This document shows, piece after piece, positions 57,812-64,000 of a stretch of DNA of 64,000 nt. Within the stretch, counting starts at the first letter, position 1; every line of letters starts with the position of its first letter. Location: contig JANRJK010000013.1 in the NCBI GenBank assembly GCA_033764015.1, forward strand, positions 384,001-448,000. The letters run 5' to 3'. The stretch is from Candidatus Sumerlaeia bacterium. Lineage in GTDB: Bacteria; Sumerlaeota; Sumerlaeia; SLMS01; JANRJK01. Under the pieces are notes generated by a model. The model did no database searches. It was given only the letters and a program-made list of their open reading frames with translations, and was not told the origin of the DNA. The translations under genes and the position numbers were made by a program.

Positions 57812-58552
57812 CTAGGACATCGCCTCCATCACCTCGTCCGTCGCTTCGAGGTTGTGGGCGACCTCCGTGACGTCGTCGTTGTCGTCGAGCATGGCGAGGA
57901 GCTTCGCGCACTGCGTGGCGTCCTTGCCTTCCAGGCGCACGTAGTTCGCCGGGATGTAGCGGGCGGCGCTGTTGGTGGCGCGGAAGCCCTGGGCCTCCAG
58001 CTTCTCGCGGATGTCCTGAACGGTCTCCGGCGGGGTCTTCACGATGAAGGTGCCTTCGTCGCTCTCGACATCGTCCGCGCCGGCTTCGAGCGCGGCCTCG
58101 AGCAGCTTCTCCTCCTCAGCGTTCTCGATCACGATCTCGCCGACGCGCGCGAAGAGGTAGGAGACGCAGCCGTCGGTCCCCATGTTGCCGCCGTTCTTCG
58201 AGAAGATGTGGCGGATCTCGCCGGCGGTGCGGTTGCGGTTGTCCGTGGTGAGCTTGATCATCACCGCGACGCCGCCGGGCCCGTAGCCCTCGTAGGAGAG
58301 GTCCTCGTAGGAGTCGCCGCCGAGTTCGCCCGCGCCCTTCTTGATGGCGCGCTCCATCGTGTCCTTCGGCATGTTGGAGTCCTTGGCGGCCTGGATCGCG
58401 GTGCGCAGCCGCGGGTTCGCCGACGGATCGCTGCCGCCGAGGCGGGCCGCGATCTGGATCTCCTTGATCACCTTCGTGAACATCTTGCCGCGCTTCGCGT
58501 CGATCAGCGCCTTCTTGTGCTTGATGGAATGCCATTTGGAATGGCCGGACAT
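57812..58552 (-). CDS. yebC: YebC/PmpR family protein
   Basis: MSGHSKWHSIKHKK, YEGYGPGG, TDNRNRT, DDV..V.HN. Confidence 0.96.
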   Translation of the reverse strand: MSGHSKWHSIKHKKALIDAKRGKMFTKVIKEIQIAARLGGSDPSANPRLRTAIQAAKDSNMPKDTMERAIKKGAGELGGDSYEDLSYEGYGPGGVAVMIKLTTDNRNRTAGEIRHIFSKNGGNMGTDGCVSYLFARVGEIVIENAEEEKLLEAALEAGADDVESDEGTFIVKTPPETVQDIREKLEAQGFRATNSAARYIPANYVRLEGKDATQCAKLLAMLDDNDDVTEVAHNLEATDEVMEAMS

Positions 58553-58756
58553 GGAAAGGGAACCCCGAAGCCGCCGCCCGCGGAGGCCGCCCCGTGCGGG
58601 GGCCTTCCGTGCACCGGGCGTTCCGGCGTGAAGGGTCGAAGTCACCACGCATCGACGCCGGGACGCTAGCGGAGAAGCCCGCCTCGCGAACCCCCTCGCG
58701 TCCACGACCCCGCTGTGCTTTCCTGACCTTGGCCGCGAGCCGCCCGGAGGAGTCCG

Positions 58757-61423
58757 ATGGACGCATGGGAGCAGAGGTTCAGCGCACTCGAGGCGCGCGT
58801 CGCCGCCCTCGAGCATTCAGGGGCGCCCGGTGGCGCCGCACCGGACGAGGACGCCCTCGGCACGCTCCTGCGCGCCACATCCTCGGCGATCCAGCACCTG
58901 CTGTCCAACCCGCTCGACGAACCCGTCGACGATGTTGTGCCCGACGCCTTGTGCCTCGTCGGAAGCGCGACCGGCGCGGGCCGGGTCTGCCTCTTCGAGT
59001 GCAGCCTCGATCTCGACTCCGGCGACGTGCTGGTCTGCGAGCGCTTCCATTGGTGCGCCCAGTCCACCCCGGACCGTCCCACCGAGTGCGCCGTCCCGAC
59101 GCCGCTCGCGAAGGCCCACCCCCGCTGGCACGCCGAGCTGCTGCGCGGCGAGGTGGTCCAGCGCCGCGCCTCCAAGGCCGCGGAGGACGATCGCGCCTTC
59201 CTCGCCGCGCAGGGATGCCGGTCGGTGCTGCTCGCCCCGGTCATGCTGAACGGCTATCTCTGGGGACTGCTGGGCCTGGGCGACTCCGGGCGCGACCGCG
59301 ACTGGAGCCCCGAGGAGGTGGCGCTGCTCTCCTCCTTCGCCGGCAGCCTCGGCAGCGTCCTCGTCCGCGACCGCATGCGCGCGGAGCTGAAGCGCGCCAA
59401 CCTGGCTCTGGAGGCCGCCCGCGCCGAGGCGGAGCGCTTCGCCGCGGAGGCCCGCGACGCCACCGACGCCAAGTCGCGCTTCCTCGCCAACATGAGCCAC
59501 GAGATCCGCACGCCGCTGAACGGCGTCATCGGAATGACCGAGCTGCTGCTCGACGGCGACCTGTCCCCCCGCGAGCGCGAGTTCGCGTCAACCGCGCGGT
59601 CCTGCGGCGAAACGCTTCTGCACCTGGTCAACGACATCCTCGACCTCTCGAAGCTCGAGGCGGGCGCCGTCGACCTCGAGGAGACCGAGTTCCACCTCCG
59701 CATCTGCCTCGAGGAGGTCGCCGACATCGTCTCCACGCAGGCGCGCGGCAAGGGCCTGGACCTCGTTGTGTCGATCTCCCCCGACGTGCCGGAGCGCGTC
59801 GTCGGGGACCGCGGGCGGCTCCAACAGATCCTCATGAACCTCGCCTCGAACGCGGTGAAGTTCACCCACGACGGCTCGGTGGTCCTCTCGGCGGAGCTCT
59901 CCGCCCTCGCCGGTCGGGAGGCCACCATCGAGTTCGCCGTCAGGGACACCGGTATCGGCATCCCCGCCGACGCCGTGGGACGCCTGTTCCAGCCCTTCGA
60001 GCAGCTGGACGCCTCCGTCAGCCGCAAGTACGGCGGCACCGGGCTGGGGCTCGCCATCTGCCGCATGACCGCCGAGGCGCTCGGCACCCGCATCGAGGTC
60101 CTCAGTGAGCCCGGCCACGGCTCGCGCTTCTCCTTCCGCCTCGCGCTGCCGGTCCTGTCGGAGCCCGACGCGACGATGACACGCATCCGGTCGACACGGC
60201 TGCGCGGCCTTCGCGTCCTCGTCGCCGACCCCACGGACATCACCCGCTCGATCCTCGCGCAGCACCTCCGAGTGTGGGGGTGCGTGGTGGAGGAGCGCGC
60301 CTCGCTGGAACCGTTCGCCGCGCCCTCGGAGCCGTTCACCGCCGCCTTCCTCGACGAGGATTCGCCGGGGCTGCTCGATGCGCTGCGGGCGAACCAGCAG
60401 TCCCTCGGGGCCGCGGTGCTGGTCACCGCCTCCGCCTCCCGCCGCGACGCGACGCCCTTCCTCGAGGCGGGGTGCCGCGCGTACCTCACCAAGCCGATCC
60501 GCCGCGCGATGCTGCAGGATGTGCTGACGGAGATCGCCTCGCCGGACGCCACGCGCCCCGGGCGCGCGAAGCCGACGCTCGACGTGGCCGCGATGCGCGA
60601 GTCCATCGCCGCCAGCGCGCGCATCCTCCTCGCCGAGGACGACCCGGTGAACCAGCGCGTGGCGTCGCTGCTGCTCGCGCGCGGCGGCTTCAACTGCGAT
60701 ATCGCCTGCGACGGTCTCGAAGCGGTCGAGGCCGCGCGGCGGGTCGACTACGACGTCATCCTCATGGACTGCCAGATGCCGGGCATGGACGGCTTCGCCG
60801 CCACCGCGAAGATCCGCCGCCACGAGGAGTCGCGGGGGCGCCGCGCGAACATCGTCGCCATGACGGCGAACGCGCTGCAGGGGGACCGGGAGCGCTGCAT
60901 CGCCGCCGGCATGGACGACTATGTCAGCAAGCCGGTGCAGCCGAAGATCCTCTTCGAGACCATCCGGGCGCAGCTCGCCGCCCGCGAGGCCTCCCGAGCC
61001 GCGGCGGCCCAGACCCGCGTCCCGGCGCAAGTGGCCGCGGGGCGCGCCGAGTCCGTGGACGAGCGCCTTTTCGACCCGCGGCCGCTCCGAGAACTGGCGG
61101 AGCTTGCCGGAGGCGCCGACGAGGATCTGGTCCGCGACCTGGTGCGCACCTTCATCGAGGAGTTCGACGAGGTCGTGGAGGACCTCCACGAGGCGGACGC
61201 GGCGGGGGACTTGGAGACCTGCCGGTCGGTCGCGCACACATGGGAGAGCCGGGCGGGGAGCATCGGCGCCCGGCGCGTCCAGCAGCTCTGCTCCAACGTC
61301 CAAAGGACGGTGCGGGCGGGATCGGGCGAGCCCCTCGCCCCGGTGATCGAAGAACTCGGCGCCGCCTACCGCGAGACGTGCATCGCGCTCTTCAAGCACC
61401 ACCCCGAGGCGATGGCCCGCTGA
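58757..61423 (+). CDS. Cytoplasmic hybrid sensor histidine kinase (GAF-HisKA-HATPase-REC-REC-HPt)
   Basis: [36 protein letters not shown], two receivers, [11 protein letters not shown] HPt; ggaggag RBS. Confidence 0.95.
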   Translation: MDAWEQRFSALEARVAALEHSGAPGGAAPDEDALGTLLRATSSAIQHLLSNPLDEPVDDVVPDALCLVGSATGAGRVCLFECSLDLDSGDVLVCERFHWCAQSTPDRPTECAVPTPLAKAHPRWHAELLRGEVVQRRASKAAEDDRAFLAAQGCRSVLLAPVMLNGYLWGLLGLGDSGRDRDWSPEEVALLSSFAGSLGSVLVRDRMRAELKRANLALEAARAEAERFAAEARDATDAKSRFLANMSHEIRTPLNGVIGMTELLLDGDLSPREREFASTARSCGETLLHLVNDILDLSKLEAGAVDLEETEFHLRICLEEVADIVSTQARGKGLDLVVSISPDVPERVVGDRGRLQQILMNLASNAVKFTHDGSVVLSAELSALAGREATIEFAVRDTGIGIPADAVGRLFQPFEQLDASVSRKYGGTGLGLAICRMTAEALGTRIEVLSEPGHGSRFSFRLALPVLSEPDATMTRIRSTRLRGLRVLVADPTDITRSILAQHLRVWGCVVEERASLEPFAAPSEPFTAAFLDEDSPGLLDALRANQQSLGAAVLVTASASRRDATPFLEAGCRAYLTKPIRRAMLQDVLTEIASPDATRPGRAKPTLDVAAMRESIAASARILLAEDDPVNQRVASLLLARGGFNCDIACDGLEAVEAARRVDYDVILMDCQMPGMDGFAATAKIRRHEESRGRRANIVAMTANALQGDRERCIAAGMDDYVSKPVQPKILFETIRAQLAAREASRAAAAQTRVPAQVAAGRAESVDERLFDPRPLRELAELAGGADEDLVRDLVRTFIEEFDEVVEDLHEADAAGDLETCRSVAHTWESRAGSIGARRVQQLCSNVQRTVRAGSGEPLAPVIEELGAAYRETCIALFKHHPEAMAR

Positions 61424-61432
61424 CGCGGCCGC

Positions 61433-62725
61433 TCAGCGTGCCGTCCACGCCTTCTGCTTCCGGTAGATCGTTCCCGGACTCACCTCGAGGAGGCGGGCGG
61501 CCTCGACCACGTTTCCGTCGGTGAGGCGCTGCGCCTTCTCGATCTCGTCCTTTTCGACCTGCCAGAGTGGGCGCACGGTGCCCGCCGCCGCGAGTCCCCG
61601 CAGCCGCTCCGCCGCCGCGGCGCCCGCCGGCGCCGCCGCCGCCACGCGCTCGGGGAGCATGGCGCGCGTCACCAGGCTGCCCTCGTTGGCCCGCGCCGCG
61701 TCCGCCACGACCCGCTCCAGCTCCGCCACGTTCCCGGGCCACGCGTAGCCCGCCAGCGCCGCCTGCGCGTCGCCGTCGAAGCCGGTGAAGGAACGCTCCA
61801 ACTCCTTCGCTTGCCGCTCCAGGAAGTGCTCCGCAAGGTCCAGCACGTCCTCCGCGCGCTCCGAGAGCTTCGGCACATTCACCCGCGCCGTCTCGAACAT
61901 CAGCTTCAGTTCCTCCTCCACGGAGCCCGGGCGCAGCGGCTGGTCGAGCGCGGGGCCCGCGGTCGCCACCACCCGGAGGCGCCCGCCGTCCGGCGCTCCG
62001 CCCCGGGCGAGGTCCAGGGCCGCCTGGGCCGCGTCGCCGCGCAGCTCCTCGACGCCCTCGAGGCACAGCGTCCCGCCGGACGCGGCGGCGCCCGCTTCCG
62101 CGAGCGCCGCGGGCGTTGCGCCTTTGCACCGGACCGCGACGAAGGCCGCGTCGGGAGCGGGCCCTTCGGCGTGCAGCGACCGCGCGCACGCTTCGAGTTC
62201 CGTTCCCTCCGCGCCCGCCACCAGCACGGGCCCGCTGCCGGAGCCGACCGCGCGCAACTGCCGGTAGAGCCGCAGCATCGCCGGGGAGGAGCCCAGCAGG
62301 CCGCGGAACTTCACCCGCTCGTACTGCGACTTGTAGTCGTCCAGCTCGGCGATCATGCGGTGCCGCTCGATCGCGTTGCGGACCATCACCTTCAGGCGCT
62401 CCAGGTCGAGCGGCTTCGTCAGGAAGTCGTACGCGCCCTCGCGCATCGCCTGCACCGCGAGGTCCACGGAGCCGTGCGCGGTCATCACGACGACCGTCAC
62501 GGGGCGCCCGCGGCGGGCCACCTCGGCGAGCACCTCGAGCCCCGGCATGTCCGGCAGCCGCATGTCCAGCAGCATGATCGCGGGCGGGCGCTCGAGCAGT
62601 TCCTGCAAGGCGAGCCGCCCCGTTCCCGCGACGCGGAGCTCCGCGCCCAGCGGCTTGAGCACCGCCTGCAGGATCCGCACGAGCTGCGGGTCGTCGTCCA
62701 CGATCAACACGTTCAGTTCCGGCAT
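61433..62725 (-). CDS. NtrC-like response regulator with degenerate sigma-54 AAA+ domain and Fis-type HTH
   Basis: Intact REC (DDD, LLDM, TAHG, KP); WPGNVAELE; HTH; Walker A/B and GAFTGA eroded. Confidence 0.88.
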   Translation of the reverse strand: MPELNVLIVDDDPQLVRILQAVLKPLGAELRVAGTGRLALQELLERPPAIMLLDMRLPDMPGLEVLAEVARRGRPVTVVVMTAHGSVDLAVQAMREGAYDFLTKPLDLERLKVMVRNAIERHRMIAELDDYKSQYERVKFRGLLGSSPAMLRLYRQLRAVGSGSGPVLVAGAEGTELEACARSLHAEGPAPDAAFVAVRCKGATPAALAEAGAAASGGTLCLEGVEELRGDAAQAALDLARGGAPDGGRLRVVATAGPALDQPLRPGSVEEELKLMFETARVNVPKLSERAEDVLDLAEHFLERQAKELERSFTGFDGDAQAALAGYAWPGNVAELERVVADAARANEGSLVTRAMLPERVAAAAPAGAAAAERLRGLAAAGTVRPLWQVEKDEIEKAQRLTDGNVVEAARLLEVSPGTIYRKQKAWTAR

Positions 62726-62740
62726 TGGGAGGCTCCTTGG

Positions 62741-63517
62741 CTAGAAAGCGCCCTCGCCCTTCAGGACCGCGGGCACGGTGCGGTAGATCAGGTACACGTC
62801 GTAGAAGATGTTCTGCTTCAGGATGTACTCGACATCGAGCCGCACCTGGTCGGCGAAGCCGATGTTGCTGCGGCCGCTCACCTGCCAGACGCACGTGAGG
62901 CCCGGCACCACGGCCAGTCGCTTCCACGCCTGGAGCTGGTACTGCACCACCTCGCCGGGCACGGGAGGGCGCGGGCCGACCACCGACATGTCGCCCCGCA
63001 GCACGTTGTAGAACTGCGGCAACTCGTCGATGGAGAACTTGCGGATCACGCGCCCGACCTTCGTCACCCGCGGGTCGTTCTTCATCTTGAAGATAACGCC
63101 CTGCGCCGATTCGTTCTGCGCGAGCAGCGTGGCCTTCAGCGCCTCCGCGTTGGTCACCATGGAGCGGAACTTGAAAAAGGGAAACTCGCGTCCGCCGAGC
63201 CCCACGCGGCGCTGCGTGAAGAACACCGGCCCCGCGGACTCTAACCGGATCGCCAGCGCGGTGAACAGGAACAGCGGCGCCAGCGCCAGCAGCGCGCAGG
63301 CGCTGAAGACGATGTCGAGCGCGCGCTTCATCGCGCGCCCCGGCGCCGAGTGCATGCTGAACCAGTAGAGCACCGGGTGCCGGTAGCGCAGCCGCAGCCG
63401 GTACCACTCCGGATCCACCTCTCCGGTGGCCGGATTGCAGAGTTCGTCGAACACGCGGGGCTCCAACTCGAGCGCGCCCACACCCTGGTCCAGGACCTTC
63501 GCCGACGGCTTGCTCAT
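62741..63517 (-). CDS. Priming sugar transferase (polyprenyl-phosphate phosphoglycosyltransferase)
   Basis: KRALD, F.Q.RVG, KFRSM, DPRVT, DELPQ, GDMSVVGPRP, PGLT. Start re-assigned to MSKPSA. Confidence 0.94.
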   Translation of the reverse strand: MSKPSAKVLDQGVGALELEPRVFDELCNPATGEVDPEWYRLRLRYRHPVLYWFSMHSAPGRAMKRALDIVFSACALLALAPLFLFTALAIRLESAGPVFFTQRRVGLGGREFPFFKFRSMVTNAEALKATLLAQNESAQGVIFKMKNDPRVTKVGRVIRKFSIDELPQFYNVLRGDMSVVGPRPPVPGEVVQYQLQAWKRLAVVPGLTCVWQVSGRSNIGFADQVRLDVEYILKQNIFYDVYLIYRTVPAVLKGEGAF

Positions 63518-64000
63518 GCCCGTGCCCTCCGTCCCGTGTGCCCGCCGCCCGCCTGCGAGCGGATCCAGCGCCGCGCCCGCCAGAGGAAGACCGGGTTGCC
63601 GAGCACGTAGCGGCGCCACATGCGGCCCGGCTCCTGGATGATGCGGAACACCCACTCAAGGCCGGCCTGCCGCATCCAAAGCGGCGCCCGCTTGTTCTTC
63701 CCGCCGAGGAAATCGAGCAGGCCCCCCATGGACAGCACCAGCGGCACCCGGAGCCGGTGCGCGTTGCGCGCGACGAACAGCTCCTGCCGCGGCGTGCCCA
63801 TGCCGATCAGCAGCGCCATGGCGCCGCTCGCGGCGACGGCCTCGCAGAGCGCCGCTTCGTCCTCGTGGGCGAAGTAGCCGTCGCGTGTTCCCGCGATCCG
63901 CAGCGAAGGATTCGCCCGCGCGATGTTCGACTCCGCCCGCGCGAGCACCGCCGCCGTGCCGCCGAGGAGGAACACCGGCCAGCCCCGGCGGGCGAACAGC
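63514..64000 (-). CDS. WecB/TagA/CpsF family glycosyltransferase (5' part outside window)
   Basis: FLLGG, DGYF, IGMGTPRQE, RAPLWM..AGLEWVFR..QEPGRMWRRY. Confidence 0.9.
   Translation of the reverse strand, partial: LFARRGWPVFLLGGTAAVLARAESNIARANPSLRIAGTRDGYFAHEDEAALCEAVAASGAMALLIGMGTPRQELFVARNAHRLRVPLVLSMGGLLDFLGGKNKRAPLWMRQAGLEWVFRIIQEPGRMWRRYVLGNPVFLWRARRWIRSQAGGGHTGRRARA

Overview
High-GC bacterial chromosomal window with about 53 protein-coding genes. I found no rRNA, tRNA, CRISPR array or mobile element. Housekeeping content: sodA/B, AMIN-amidase, acpP-fabF-rnc, rfbD, alkA, hutHUIG, gmhA-hldA, apt, cdsA and yebC. Signalling content: a REC fusion, a stand-alone EAL protein, a Ser/Thr kinase, a hybrid histidine kinase and a degenerate sigma-54 activator. 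The pilin family (SxGPD...YDPTNGTxSxGDI), the DUF1549/DUF1501 pair and the secreted-protein tails suggest Candidatus Sumerlaeota (BRC1) or a similar lineage; this is inference only. Most notable: (1) four unrelated signal-peptide proteins end in a shared short [S/G]-W-x-x-[Y/R](E) tail, a candidate C-terminal sorting signal, and two others end in a dockerin-like VDAA tail; (2) a three-gene module of collagen fibre, GT2-TPR glycosyltransferase and small tailed anchor protein; (3) an alpha-glucan utilisation locus headed by a type IV pilin-like gene, whose ABC permease carries an inserted CBM48-like domain; (4) a pair of M14 peptidases, one active and one apparently inactive. Many start codons were re-assigned by eye from the ORF track. 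All family names come from motif recognition, not database searches.
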